This document shows positions 19,834-30,673 of a stretch of DNA of 55,030 nucleotides, in pieces; the first letter of the stretch is position 1, and each line of letters opens with the position of its first letter. Made by a program: the position numbers and the translations under genes. Location: assembly GCA_030690215.1 (NCBI GenBank), contig JAUYHD010000011.1, forward strand, positions 1 through 55,030, written 5' to 3'. The notes under the pieces are model-generated. The model saw only the letters and a list, made by a program, of their open reading frames with translations, ran no database searches and was not told the DNA's origin. The stretch comes from a bacterium (lineage in GTDB: Bacteria; Patescibacteriota; Minisyncoccia; 1-14-0-10-42-19).

Positions 19834-19846
19834 ACGTATTATTTTT

Positions 19847-21985
19847 TTACTCCTCTTTCTTCATTCCGCGAGCTTCCTGGATTTGTTTTGCGATATTTGT
19901 AGGCACTTGCTGGTAATGGCTAAATTCCATTGTATAGGTGCCACGCCCTTGCGTCATAGAGCGAAGGTTTGTTACATAACCGAACATTTCTGAAAGCGGA
20001 ACTTTTGCATCCACTACTTTCAAGTTGTACCGGTCGGTCATACTCTCAATGGTCGCGCGTTTTGAAGAAAGATCGCCCGTCACATCTCCCAAAAAATTTT
20101 CAGGTGCCAACACCTCCACCTTCATAATCGGTTCAAGTAATACTGGTTTTGCACGGCGCGCCGCTTCTTGGAACGCCATGGAGCCCGCGATTTTGAAGGC
20201 GACTTCAGATGAGTCAACATCATGGTATGACCCGTCATACAAAGCGACTTTGATATCAACAATAGGAAAGCCCGCAACAACTCCGCGCGAGAGCGATTCT
20301 TTTACTCCTTTTTCAACCGCAGGAATATATTCTTGCGGAATAACCCCTCCCCTAATTTCGTTTACAAATTCAAAACCCTGCGCTGCCTCCAACGGTTCTA
20401 CGCGCAAACGCACATGCCCATATTGTCCCCGGCCTCCCGACTGCTTGATGTATTTTCCTTCCGCTTCTGCCTTTGCCGTGATCGTTTCGCGAAACGCCAC
20501 CTGCGGTTTGCCTGTATTTGCTTCTACTTTAAACTCACGACGCATACGGTCTACCAGCACTTCCAAGTGAAGCTCGCCCATTCCCGAAATAATGACATCA
20601 AGAGTTTCTTGATCGGTTTCCACGCGGAATGTCGGGTCTTCTTCAGACAATCGCTTGAGTGCTAAACCCATTTTTTCCTGGTCTGCTTTTGTTTTTGGCT
20701 CAATCCGGACAGATACCATCGGCTCCGGAAAATCTATTTTTTCAAGCACGATTGGATTATCGGGATCGCAAAGCGTATCCCCTGTTTTTGTATTTTTAAG
20801 CCCCACAATTGCGCCGATATCTCCCGCGTACATATCTTTTACCTCATCGCGCGAATTTGCATGAATCCGAAGAATGCGTCCAATGCGCTCTTTTGTATCT
20901 CCTATCGTGTTATATACATATGAGCCCGCCTCAAGCACACCCGAATACACGCGGAAAAATGTAAGCTGTCCTACATACGGATCACTTTGCAATTTGAACG
21001 CGAGGGCAGAGAATGGCTCGCTGTCGTCTGCTTTGCGTAAAAGTTTTTTCGATTCGTCTCCCGGCTCAAATCCTTCTACCGGAGGCAAATCTATTGGGGA
21101 CGGCAAATAATCAACAACGCCGTCCAACACCAATTGCACTGCTTTGTTTTTGAGCGCGGAACCCGCAAATACGGGAATCAATTTGTATGATAATGTCGCT
21201 CGGCGAAGAGCGGGACGAAGCTCCGGTTCGGTTATTTCTTTTCCTTCAAGGTATTTTTCGGTAAGAACATCATCGGTTTCTGCGATTTTTTCAACCATCT
21301 TTGTGCGCCATTCTTTTGCGTAGGACGCGAGGTTTTCGGGAATATCTTCTAGGCGGATTTTTTCTCCGTGTTCGCCGTCAAAATACACCGCTTTCATCCG
21401 CATCAGATCAATTATTCCTTTGTGGTCTTGTTCGTGCCCGATTGGAATTGTCACCGCCACCGCATTCGGTGTTAACCGTTCATAGATAGATGCCAGAGAT
21501 TTTTCAAATGACGCACCGGTGCGATCAAGCTTGTTTATAAAACAAACGCGGGGCACTTCAAATTTATCTGCCTGCCTCCATACCGTCTCTGATTGCGGCT
21601 CTACTCCCGCTACCCCATCAAACACAACAACCGCGCCATCCAACACGCGAAGCGAACGCTGCACCTCAACCGTAAAATCAATGTGGCCCGGAGTATCAAT
21701 AATATTTATTTTGTATTCGTTTTTTTTACGCTCGTCTACCTGCTCTGCCCCCAATCCTAAATAGGTAGGCACCCAAAATGCCGTGGTCGCAGCAGACGTA
21801 ATCGTAATCCCCCGTTCGCGCTCCTGTTCCATCCAGTCCATAACCGCCTGTCCTTCGTGTACCTCTCCGATTTTGTGCGAAATGCCTGTATAAAAAAGAA
21901 TCCGTTCGCTTACGGTTGTTTTTCCGGCATCAATGTGAGCAATAATACCGATATCTCGTATTCGTTCTATTGGGGTTTGGCGCAT
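19847..21985 (-). CDS. fusA: Elongation factor G
   Basis: [31 protein letters not shown]. Confidence 0.99.
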   Translation of the reverse strand: MRQTPIERIRDIGIIAHIDAGKTTVSERILFYTGISHKIGEVHEGQAVMDWMEQERERGITITSAATTAFWVPTYLGLGAEQVDERKKNEYKINIIDTPGHIDFTVEVQRSLRVLDGAVVVFDGVAGVEPQSETVWRQADKFEVPRVCFINKLDRTGASFEKSLASIYERLTPNAVAVTIPIGHEQDHKGIIDLMRMKAVYFDGEHGEKIRLEDIPENLASYAKEWRTKMVEKIAETDDVLTEKYLEGKEITEPELRPALRRATLSYKLIPVFAGSALKNKAVQLVLDGVVDYLPSPIDLPPVEGFEPGDESKKLLRKADDSEPFSALAFKLQSDPYVGQLTFFRVYSGVLEAGSYVYNTIGDTKERIGRILRIHANSRDEVKDMYAGDIGAIVGLKNTKTGDTLCDPDNPIVLEKIDFPEPMVSVRIEPKTKADQEKMGLALKRLSEEDPTFRVETDQETLDVIISGMGELHLEVLVDRMRREFKVEANTGKPQVAFRETITAKAEAEGKYIKQSGGRGQYGHVRLRVEPLEAAQGFEFVNEIRGGVIPQEYIPAVEKGVKESLSRGVVAGFPIVDIKVALYDGSYHDVDSSEVAFKIAGSMAFQEAARRAKPVLLEPIMKVEVLAPENFLGDVTGDLSSKRATIESMTDRYNLKVVDAKVPLSEMFGYVTNLRSMTQGRGTYTMEFSHYQQVPTNIAKQIQEARGMKKEE

Positions 21986-22180
21986 AATAAATGGGAAATG
22001 AAAATATCAAAATAAGCACCTTATACTCGGCGTTGGGGGCAACGTATTTCTATAAATTTCGCGAAGCATATTTCTATGTATTTTCTGAAATGTATTGAAA
22101 TATGTAGAAATATATTGCCATTTTGCATTTTGATTTTTTAAATTTTGATTTTTGCATTTGACCGAGCGTAGCGAGGGAAC

Positions 22181-22651
22181 CTACCACGCAAAGTGCGCGA
22201 ATGCCTTGTTTGATTCAGCCATTCTATGCGTATCTTCTTTTTTCTTGTAGGCCGCACCTTCTTTTTTGGAAGCCGCGATAAGTTCATCAGCAAGAATACG
22301 CGCCATCGGCTTTCCTTTTGCCGAGCGCGCCACAAGCAACAGCCAGCGGATAGCAAGCGTGCGCCGCCGTTCCGGGCGTACTTCGCGCGGGACTTGGTAA
22401 TTCGCGCCACCAACACGGCGCGACCGCACCTCCATAACAGGCGAGAGGTTCTCCAGCGCCTGCTCAAATAGTTCTAAAGGATTTTTTATTTTCTTTTCCT
22501 TTTCCATTATTTCAAACGCGTCATAGATAACTTGGCGCGCGGTAGATTTTTTGCCGTCCCACATCAAAGAATTGATAAATTTCTCTACCAATGTTGAATC
22601 GTATTTCGGGTCTGCTTTTATTTCCGGTTTTTTTCGTAATGGTCTACGCAT
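22181..22651 (-). CDS. rpsG: 30S ribosomal protein S7
   Basis: DGKKS, RRVGGANYQVP, HRMAESNKAFAHF. Confidence 0.98.
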   Translation of the reverse strand: MRRPLRKKPEIKADPKYDSTLVEKFINSLMWDGKKSTARQVIYDAFEIMEKEKKIKNPLELFEQALENLSPVMEVRSRRVGGANYQVPREVRPERRRTLAIRWLLLVARSAKGKPMARILADELIAASKKEGAAYKKKEDTHRMAESNKAFAHFAW

Positions 22652-22763
22652 ACTAATGTGTGATGCCAATCTACCAATGAAATGCTAATCTACAAATTGC
22701 CAATCTGTATAATGAATTCGCAATGGGCATTATCGGCATAAAATTCGCATATTGGCATAATAT

Positions 22764-23183
22764 TTATTTTATTGCTTTTGGGCGTTTCGCGCCGTATTTA
22801 GATCGCCCCTGTCTTCGCGCAGATACACCCGACGCATCAAGGACACCGCGGACAATGTGATAGCGAACACCCGGCAAATCCTTTACCCTGCCCCCACGAA
22901 TAAGAACGATTGAGTGTTCCTGCAAATTGTGCCCTTCTCCCGGAATATACGCGGTTACTTCCATGTTATTTGTGAGACGAACACGCGCAACTTTTCGAAG
23001 CGCGGAGTTCGGTTTTTTTGGCGTAACCGTTTTTACCTGAAGACACACCCCGCGCTTAAACGGCGAAGGAAAGTACGTCGGACTATTTTTCAAGACATTA
23101 AAACCGTGCTGCAACGCAACAGCTTTGGATTTTTTGTGGGATCGCTTACGCCCCTTTTTTACTAATTGATTGATTGTCGGCAT
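22764..23183 (-). CDS. rpsL: 30S ribosomal protein S12
   Basis: [28 protein letters not shown]. Confidence 0.99.
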   Translation of the reverse strand: MPTINQLVKKGRKRSHKKSKAVALQHGFNVLKNSPTYFPSPFKRGVCLQVKTVTPKKPNSALRKVARVRLTNNMEVTAYIPGEGHNLQEHSIVLIRGGRVKDLPGVRYHIVRGVLDASGVSARRQGRSKYGAKRPKAIK

Positions 23184-23218
23184 GCTGCATTATAAAAATT
23201 TTTCTCTTGATGCAAGCG

Positions 23219-23391
23219 CCCTGTTAGACAGCGAGCTCTGACGAGCCCTATCTAATGGGGTTAAGATTTGATAATTACAGAGACACTGCTTTTAGCTCGT
23301 CTTCGTAAATCAATTCACTTAAGATACCAGATTGCCAAGAATCGGTCAAACCCCATTAGATAGAGCTCGCAAGCTCGCTCATCTAATGGGG
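23219..23391. repeat. Two short (D-class) hairpin elements in opposite orientation: 23219-23260 and 23351-23391 (latter flanked by CAAA)
   Basis: CCCCATTAGAT...ATCTAATGGGG; homologous to 1830-1869 and 15059-15097. Confidence 0.85.
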
Positions 23392-23411
23392 CAAACAGGA
23401 GATTCTTCTTG

Positions 23412-24668
23412 CTAGTTTTCTCCTGCAAGCACCCGTTTTACTTCATCTACAATCTGGGCGGGGGTACAATTTGTTTTAATGAGATAGAGAACCGCCCCCA
23501 TAGAAAGCCCTTTTTGCACCTCATGTCGCTGGGCAAGATTGGACAAAATAACTACCGGAATGGATTTTAGTTTTTTATCTCTTTTTAATTCTTCAAGCAC
23601 GCTGAAGCCGTCGCGTCCCGGTAAAAGCATATTCAGCAAGATAAGACTGGGGGCTGTTTTGAGCGCCTTTTGTATTCCTTCTTTGCCGTCTTTCGCAGAA
23701 ATAAAAGGAATGCCCTCCGCGCTAAAACGCTCTGCGATTAGTGTTTGCATGTTCATATCATCGTCTATGTATAAAATCGTTCCCGTACTTTTCGTTGTTT
23801 CTTTTTTTTCCTGCATACGCGCATGCCTTCCCTCCGGCACAGTTTGTTGATGTACGGCAGACTCTTCCGCTTTTGATTCGTTCCCGCTTACAAACGGCAA
23901 TCGGATAGTAACACTCGTTCCCTTCCCCTCTTCTGACGCGTAGACAATGCTCCCCTTGTGCATTTTTACAATTTCGCGCGCGGTAAACACTCCGAGCCCC
24001 GTTCCTTCCGCAATATGTTTTTTAGCGCCACCGGAACGGAAAAACTTTTCACCGATATGCGAAAGTTCATTTTTTGAAATACCTATACCCGTATCAGAAA
24101 CGACAATAACGACATCCTCATCCTCCATACGCCCGCTCACCTCTACAGCCCCGCCTTGCGCGTTGTAGATAACGGCGTTTTCTATAACATTCTCAAGCAC
24201 GCGACTCATTGCCTCACTATCAATAACAAGATCGGGCAGGCGCGAATCAATATTTTTTGAAAGCCGTATGCCGCGGTCTTCGGCAAGCGGCATAAGCTTG
24301 CCTACCGTTTCATCAAGAAACGCCGTCATATTCATACGACCAAAATGCAGTACAGTCCGTTTTGACTCAATGCGCGTCACATCCAACAGAGCATGCACAA
24401 AGCGGATCAGCTCTTCACTGCGCTGCGTTAACGCACGGAACATTTTTTTTTGCTCATCGGTAAACGACCCGTAATTTCCTTCCAAAAACTCCGTGAGAGT
24501 CCACTTCATGAGCGTGAGGGGCGTGCGCACATGATGCGACGCGATAGACAAAAATTCTGTTTTTGTTTCGTCTCTTTTTTTGATGCGCGCGCGGTCTACC
24601 AAAAGATACGCGATAACAATAATCAGCGCGCCCGCTATCCCAATAATCAATGGAATGGATATGAGCAT
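23412..24668 (-). CDS. Hybrid sensor histidine kinase with C-terminal (pseudo)receiver domain
   Basis: ASHHVRTPL H-box, NVIENAVIY, DTGIG, GTGLG; REC YIDDD...LILLN. Confidence 0.92.
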   Translation of the reverse strand: MLISIPLIIGIAGALIIVIAYLLVDRARIKKRDETKTEFLSIASHHVRTPLTLMKWTLTEFLEGNYGSFTDEQKKMFRALTQRSEELIRFVHALLDVTRIESKRTVLHFGRMNMTAFLDETVGKLMPLAEDRGIRLSKNIDSRLPDLVIDSEAMSRVLENVIENAVIYNAQGGAVEVSGRMEDEDVVIVVSDTGIGISKNELSHIGEKFFRSGGAKKHIAEGTGLGVFTAREIVKMHKGSIVYASEEGKGTSVTIRLPFVSGNESKAEESAVHQQTVPEGRHARMQEKKETTKSTGTILYIDDDMNMQTLIAERFSAEGIPFISAKDGKEGIQKALKTAPSLILLNMLLPGRDGFSVLEELKRDKKLKSIPVVILSNLAQRHEVQKGLSMGAVLYLIKTNCTPAQIVDEVKRVLAGEN

Positions 24669-24677
24669 AGCTTCTTT

Positions 24678-25304
24678 TTAAAAAAGACTAGCGGTGGGCA
24701 TTCCCGTTATAAGAGAAAATAAAAACGAAACAATCGGGAAGATAAGACGCCAAAAAAAGAAAATAAAGAGCAACACAAGAAAAAATCCGTAGCGTTCAAG
24801 AAATTGCTGCACGTGCATCCAGCGATATGGCAAGACCGCAAATAATATTTTTGAACCGTCTAAGGGCGGAATGGGAACAAGATTAAAAATCGCAAGAATG
24901 ACATTGATGAATACGATATAAAAGAGCACCTGCACAAACACCTCCGGCAACGAAAGCATATCTGCCATGCGGATTATAATTCCAAAAAAAACCGCCATAA
25001 TGATATTGGCTAAAGGACCCGCAGCCCCCACTATCGCTGGACCCCATTTCTGGTTTGAAAGATTATACGGATTGAACGGAACCGGCTTTGCCCATGCGAT
25101 AATAAACCCCCCAAAAAATGCGAGCACAAATGGAACGAGAATAGAACCGATAGGATCAATATGAGGAATCGGATTGAGAGTCAGGCGGCCCTGATATTTT
25201 GCTGTAGGATCGCCCAAAAGCAACGCGGCATATCCATGAGAAAATTCGTGGACGACCGCAGACATAATGACGATCGCTATGATAAAAACAATATCAATAG
25301 ACAT
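24678..25304 (-). CDS. Site-2 protease (M50) family
   Basis: HEFSH, GRLTLNP, AGPLAN, FNLVPIPPLDG. Confidence 0.95.
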   Translation of the reverse strand: MSIDIVFIIAIVIMSAVVHEFSHGYAALLLGDPTAKYQGRLTLNPIPHIDPIGSILVPFVLAFFGGFIIAWAKPVPFNPYNLSNQKWGPAIVGAAGPLANIIMAVFFGIIIRMADMLSLPEVFVQVLFYIVFINVILAIFNLVPIPPLDGSKILFAVLPYRWMHVQQFLERYGFFLVLLFIFFFWRLIFPIVSFLFSLITGMPTASLF

Positions 25305-25354
25305 ATTATTATAACCATGGTAACATAGAACATACTTAATTTCGATACATTCGT

Positions 25355-25561
25355 ATGACAACATGTCCTATATGCGGGAAGGGTTCGCGCATGGGCGGAA
25401 AACGAAATCTCCTCCGCGGAAAATATAATCCAACGAAACACGTGCGTAAATATCCGAATCTCCAGTGGGCACGACTCCCGAACGGAAAACGGATAAAAAT
25501 CTGCACTACCTGTCTTAAGGGCAACCGCCATCTTAAACAAAAAGCAGTTCCGACAAAATAG
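25355..25561 (+). CDS. rpmB: 50S ribosomal protein L28
   Basis: CPICGK, R-YPNLQ, ICTTCLK. Confidence 0.93.
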   Translation: MTTCPICGKGSRMGGKRNLLRGKYNPTKHVRKYPNLQWARLPNGKRIKICTTCLKGNRHLKQKAVPTK

Positions 25562-25613
25562 GAACTGCTTTTTGTGTGCGCTGAACTGCTCACACAATGT
25601 GTAAGCAGTTCAC

Positions 25614-26864
25614 TTACACGAGAAAAATAGCTGCGAGACCCAAGAATACAAGAAAGCCGAGCACATCGGTCGCTGTTGTAATAAAAATAGTCGCGGATGA
25701 TGCGGGGTCTTTGCCTAATCGCTTCATGACAAGCGGAACAAGTGTTCCGAAGAATGCAGCAACCAAAAGATTAATGATCATAGCGCTTGCTAAAATAAGC
25801 GCAATTTTTATATCTTTATTTACAAAAAAGACAACTACGGCAACAAGTACTCCATTAATAACGCCGTTTATAAATCCGCTTATAAGCTCGCTTCGCAATG
25901 TCCGCCAGACGTGAGAAATGTCAATTTGACGAAGCGAAATGCCCCGCACCAATACTGCAAGCGTTTGCGTTGCCGCGTTCCCGCCCATACCCGCAACAAT
26001 CGGCATATAGACTGCAAGCAAAATATATTTGGACACTGTGGCATCAAAAATCCCGACAGTGAACGCCGCAAGAAACGCTGTTGCCAGGTTTACGATGAGC
26101 CACTTATACCGATATCGGATTTTCCGCCGAGCAGAATCAAATACACCCTCCTCATCCGAGACACCCGCAAAATCATACAAAGATTTTGATTCCTGTTCAT
26201 GCATAAGACGCAACACGTCATCGGAATAGATAATGCCCAGCGCATTATTGTCTTCGCCAAAAACAACTATTTTATTGTGCGGGTGCGTGCGGAATTTTTT
26301 AAATACTTCATCATGGCTTGCCGAGTAGTGGATAGTTTCAATCTTTCGCACGTGCTTCTGTACCTTCTCCCCCGGCCGCGAAAATCCCAGCTCATGCCCG
26401 GGCAAATACCCAAGCATCTTCCCTTCACGAAATACCACAATTGCCGGAAGCCGACCGGTCCGTTTTTCATGGACCTTGAACCGCTTTGCAACATTTGCGA
26501 CAGTGTCATTTGCGTCAACGTTAATGTAATCAAGATTCATAAGACCGCCTGCCGTTTCTGGGTCAAACTGCAAGAGCACCGCCAAACTATTCTTCATTTC
26601 TTCAGCCATTTCATGCAAAAGCGCTTCCTGTTTACGCTTCGGGAATATCTGAAGGATATCTGTCGCTTCATCCGGATCCAATTGTTCAAGAACTGCGATA
26701 ACTTCTTCCTTTTCAAGCCGGCTGAGAAGGTCGTACTGGACATGCCGTCCTAACCGCAAAAGAACTTCGGATTGAAGCTTTGGTTTGAGCATACGGAACG
26801 TGTCAGCGCGATGCTCGTGTTCGTATGCTATCTTTTGTACAAATTTTTGTACGGTCTGCGGCAT
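25614..26864 (-). CDS. mgtE: Magnesium transporter MgtE
   Basis: ETAGGLM, CBS pair, MGGNAATQ, DPA..ITTATDV. Confidence 0.93.
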   Translation of the reverse strand: MPQTVQKFVQKIAYEHEHRADTFRMLKPKLQSEVLLRLGRHVQYDLLSRLEKEEVIAVLEQLDPDEATDILQIFPKRKQEALLHEMAEEMKNSLAVLLQFDPETAGGLMNLDYINVDANDTVANVAKRFKVHEKRTGRLPAIVVFREGKMLGYLPGHELGFSRPGEKVQKHVRKIETIHYSASHDEVFKKFRTHPHNKIVVFGEDNNALGIIYSDDVLRLMHEQESKSLYDFAGVSDEEGVFDSARRKIRYRYKWLIVNLATAFLAAFTVGIFDATVSKYILLAVYMPIVAGMGGNAATQTLAVLVRGISLRQIDISHVWRTLRSELISGFINGVINGVLVAVVVFFVNKDIKIALILASAMIINLLVAAFFGTLVPLVMKRLGKDPASSATIFITTATDVLGFLVFLGLAAIFLV

Positions 26865-26928
26865 GCTAAAAAACGCGATATAAATATATCTTTATTCTAC
26901 ACGAAAGCGTATTGTCCGCATAAAAATC

Positions 26929-27134
26929 GGGAAAACCCGGTCTACCCCAGTAGAAGAGCAGAGCTCTCTACGGGGCAGGCATGCACCTTTACCCCGCACT
27001 AAAATTTTTGGTCGGGGTGGGGAGAATCGAACTCCCACTACAAGACCCCCAGCCTTGCGTACTACCACTATACTACACCCCGAAAATTTTTAGTGCGGGG
27101 CCATGCATGCGTACTACCGGTATACTACACCCCG
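26929..27134 (-). pseudogene. Interrupted second tRNA-Pro copy enclosing the intact tRNA
   Basis: 5' half at 27101-27134, GGTGCATG at 26980-26987, TAGACCGGGTT at 26934-26944. Confidence 0.7.
27009..27082 (-). tRNA. tRNA-Pro(GGG), CCA encoded
   Basis: CGGGGTG acceptor, anticodon arm CAAGG-CTGGGGG-TCTTG, GTTCGATTC T-loop, ACCA end. Confidence 0.9.
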
Positions 27135-27377
27135 ACCAAAGTTTTTAAAAAGCCAGAGATTGCTCTTAATCTATAAAATAAAGAAGCAATCTCGTAAAAT
27201 ATAAAGACCTTTATATTTTACCCCCATGCGTGCATAATGCCGTTATACCACATCCCGAAAACATCTTTACCGTATCATAAAAAAAACAGCTCTTCTAGAG
27301 AGCTGTTCGTGCTTTTTATTATCTGCCCGCAGCCGCCCATGGCGAGCCTCGCTTCTGGCGGGAATGCGGTATGCAGA

Positions 27378-28904
27378 TCATTTTTTATTTTTAAAAAAAT
27401 CTATTCCTTGCGACAGCGGAAGTTCGCCTGACCAATTAATGGTGCACTGGCTATGCCTGCAATATTTTTTCCACGCATCGCCACCCGCTTCTCGCCCCCA
27501 ACCGGTATGCTTGTTCCCGCCGAATGCCCCGCCGATTTCAGCGCCGCTTGTCCCGCAATTTACATTACGAATACCGCAATCGCTTCCTTCAGCGCTCAAA
27601 AAATGGAATGCGCTCAACAGATTGTTGGTAAACAAAGAAGACGATAATCCCTGATCTACCTTATTGTTTAATGCAATACCTTCTTCTAAGTCGTGGATTG
27701 GCTGAATATACAAAATCGGGCCGAAGGTTTCTTTTTCCATAATAGAAAGATGCTTTTTTGTATATATAACCGTAGGCTCAAGAAAAAATCCTTTTCTGTC
27801 TAACGGCTTGCCCTCATACACCACTTCTCCGCCCTGCTCCTTTGCTTTTTGAACACTTCTCAAAACATTCGCTCTTGCTTTCTCGCTTATCAATGGACCC
27901 ATTTGGGTTTGCGGATGAAGAGGATCTCCTATAGTCAAAGATTTACACCAATCAACGACCCTATCAGTAACAATGCCGGCAATATCCTCTTCGGGATACG
28001 CCCGGCTGGTAGAGGTGCACCGTTGCTTTGCAGTACCGGTAAATCCGAAGGCTAATCCTTTTATCGCAAGATCAATATTCGCATCGGCAAGTATGATCAG
28101 AGCATTATTCCCGCCAAGCTCAAGGATACACTCTCCCCCGCGTGCCGTTACAAGAGACCCAACACGCAAGCCTACGGCAGTAGATCCGGTGAAACTTACC
28201 AAGGGAATACGCGAATCTTTCACAAGACGATCGCCAATTATCATATCCTCGCCTATAAGAAGGTTGAACACCCCCTCAATGCTATATTTTTTCATCACAC
28301 GATTACAAATATGCTGAACTGCAATCGCAGATAATGGTGCTTGCAAAGACGGCTTCCATATAACAGGGTCACCGCATACGGTGGCATTCAAGGTATTCCA
28401 TCCCCACACCGCTTGAGGAAAATTAAACGCAGTAATTTCTTCTGCAAGACCAAGAGGATCATATGATTCAAACGTAAAATGGCCCGGACGTTCGCTTGGT
28501 GTTACGCGCCCGCCCATCATTCGGGCATGCCCAATTGCGACGTCAGAAAAATCAATTATTTCCTGAACTTCTCCCTTGCCTTCCTCGTAAATCTTACCGA
28601 CCTCCATGGTAATCAATCTTCCCAGATCATCTTTGTGCCTACGAAACTCGTTGCATAAATCACGAACGATATCTCCGCGTTTTGGCGCCGGCATTCTGCG
28701 CAATATCACGGCTGCTCTTTCCGCCGCTTCTATGACTTGTTCGTAGTCCTGACTGCCCGCCATTCTTACTTCGGCAATCACTTCTTCCGTTGCGGGATTG
28801 ATTGATTGGAGTATATTTCCTTCCGGTTTTTCTATCCATTCACCGAAACACGCGCCGGAATTTACTTTCTTGATGCCCAATCTTTCCAAAAAATCATACT
28901 TCAT
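27378..28904 (-). CDS. Aldehyde dehydrogenase, ALDH7 (aminoadipate-semialdehyde/P6C dehydrogenase) family
   Basis: ITAFNFP, SFTGST, LELGGNNA, QRCT, GAEIGGAFGG-K-TG-GRE-G-DAWK. Confidence 0.9.
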   Translation of the reverse strand: MKYDFLERLGIKKVNSGACFGEWIEKPEGNILQSINPATEEVIAEVRMAGSQDYEQVIEAAERAAVILRRMPAPKRGDIVRDLCNEFRRHKDDLGRLITMEVGKIYEEGKGEVQEIIDFSDVAIGHARMMGGRVTPSERPGHFTFESYDPLGLAEEITAFNFPQAVWGWNTLNATVCGDPVIWKPSLQAPLSAIAVQHICNRVMKKYSIEGVFNLLIGEDMIIGDRLVKDSRIPLVSFTGSTAVGLRVGSLVTARGGECILELGGNNALIILADANIDLAIKGLAFGFTGTAKQRCTSTSRAYPEEDIAGIVTDRVVDWCKSLTIGDPLHPQTQMGPLISEKARANVLRSVQKAKEQGGEVVYEGKPLDRKGFFLEPTVIYTKKHLSIMEKETFGPILYIQPIHDLEEGIALNNKVDQGLSSSLFTNNLLSAFHFLSAEGSDCGIRNVNCGTSGAEIGGAFGGNKHTGWGREAGGDAWKKYCRHSQCTINWSGELPLSQGIDFFKNKK

Positions 28905-29021
28905 CTGTACGCCTCCTATACTCTTTCGCACATTTTCAATGATAAAAACCGCCTTCATCCTAGCATACGAAAATAAATATTTCCATAAAAAAAACCGCAG
29001 ACACAAGTGCCTGCGGGCTGA

Positions 29022-30422
29022 TTACTTTTTCTTTGTTATTTCATGGGCTTCTTTCAATGCTTCCTGAAGCCGTAACGCAAATATCTCTATTTCTGCCTTC
29101 GTTATCGTCAACGGAGGCATAAAACGAATAGTCGGATTTATATTCGGATTACCCGCGGAAAGCGTAATAATCCCATTCCTCTGTAAGCATCCGAGCACCA
29201 CGTTACGAAATTCAGGATCAGGAATATATTTGTCCTGGTGTACATTAACCTTCCGGAACTCTATGCCAAAATGAAAACCAAGACCCTTGAGAATGAGTTC
29301 GTGCAATGTGAATGCGACATTCGGCTCAGAAACATTATAAAAATATTCAATAGCACCCTCTAACGCCGCTTGGAAAAAACCGCTATTCTCTGCCGCTTTT
29401 TCAACCAACTTCTCTTTTTCAAGAATCATGATAGTAATAATAGCGCTAAATACCGCATGCGGATTCCATTGAAATGTGCTTGAATCCCAGCCGACAGCCA
29501 ATGCTTCTTCCCATCCTTTTAGTTTGGGGTTCTTTGCGTTAAAAAATGCAGCGCTTATCGGGTCACCGCCACCCATAGATTTAGAAATTGTTACAATATC
29601 CGGCACAAAACCATAATTCTGGAAACTCCACCACTTGCCTGTTCTGCCGAATCCCTCTTGGATGTCGTCGCATAAGAGCAATATGTCGTATTCACTCCGC
29701 AGATACTCGAGAAATTCTATTGTATACCTATTTGCAAACTCAACACCGCCCTCGCCCTTTCCTGATTCAAACATAATAAAACCATGATCCTCTACATTAA
29801 ATTCCTTGAGTTCTTCGTAACACCGATCAAGCTCTTCCTTGCTTCTAACAAACGGGAAGTGCGTATCAACGGTTCGCTGGATATCAAAACCTGCGCGCTG
29901 GATTGGTTTTCCATACGTAGCGCCCAGTGCCGCTCCCTGCCGTCCATGGAAAGCGCCCCTAAACGCAAACCCCTGTTTACGACCAGGGCGCAATTTTTGT
30001 ATGAATTTTATTGCGGCATTGTTTGCGGTAACGCCCGTTACCTGTTGAATAAATCGGGTGTCTTTCCCAAAGGTGTGTTTTTTTAAGAGCTCGGCTAATG
30101 CAGGCTGTGATATTTCTATTTTTTTACCGCCCACGGTAACAAAAAAGTGGAAATGAAAATCGGACGCAATAAGATACCACGGAATGTGTTCACGTTCTAC
30201 GGTTTCCCAAAACGCTTTTTGCGCTTCCACAAAAAATGGGTGATTGTGGCCTATATTCATCACGCCTGCCTGAGAACAAAAATCCAAATAGCTTTTACCG
30301 GATATATCAAATAATTCGCACCCGCGAGCTCCCTTTAAAATCAATGCATCATCATATGCAATAGTGCTTGGGGTGAAAGAATCCCAATATCTTTTTAGAA
30401 ATTTCTCTGTTATTTCATCCAT
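29022..30422 (-). CDS. Class III PLP aminotransferase (lysine-6/ornithine/GABA aminotransferase-like)
   Basis: YLDF, GHNHP, AFHGR, DDIQEGFGRTG, PDIVTISK, SSTF, IRFMPPL. Confidence 0.9.
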   Translation of the reverse strand: MDEITEKFLKRYWDSFTPSTIAYDDALILKGARGCELFDISGKSYLDFCSQAGVMNIGHNHPFFVEAQKAFWETVEREHIPWYLIASDFHFHFFVTVGGKKIEISQPALAELLKKHTFGKDTRFIQQVTGVTANNAAIKFIQKLRPGRKQGFAFRGAFHGRQGAALGATYGKPIQRAGFDIQRTVDTHFPFVRSKEELDRCYEELKEFNVEDHGFIMFESGKGEGGVEFANRYTIEFLEYLRSEYDILLLCDDIQEGFGRTGKWWSFQNYGFVPDIVTISKSMGGGDPISAAFFNAKNPKLKGWEEALAVGWDSSTFQWNPHAVFSAIITIMILEKEKLVEKAAENSGFFQAALEGAIEYFYNVSEPNVAFTLHELILKGLGFHFGIEFRKVNVHQDKYIPDPEFRNVVLGCLQRNGIITLSAGNPNINPTIRFMPPLTITKAEIEIFALRLQEALKEAHEITKKK

Positions 30423-30525
30423 GATTACACCTCTTTTTTTAATGTACGAACACTCAAGTGTAGCATAAAAAATGGCAAAAAAAATCGCGTATATTATTAC
30501 GCGATTTTTTAAAAAAGAAATCAAA

Positions 30526-30664
30526 CCCCGTTAGACAATATCGCATAATACGTCATGCGTTCGTCGCCTATCACACATATATTGATTTGTTTTCTTGCTT
30601 TTTCGAAAATGTTGTTTTGCACAATGACGTATAAGAATGCATTATGCGATATTGCTATACGGGG
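30526..30664. repeat. A-class hairpin element A4, flanked by CAAA
   Basis: Homologous to 1541-1679. Confidence 0.92.
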
Positions 30665-30673
30665 CAAATTGGA

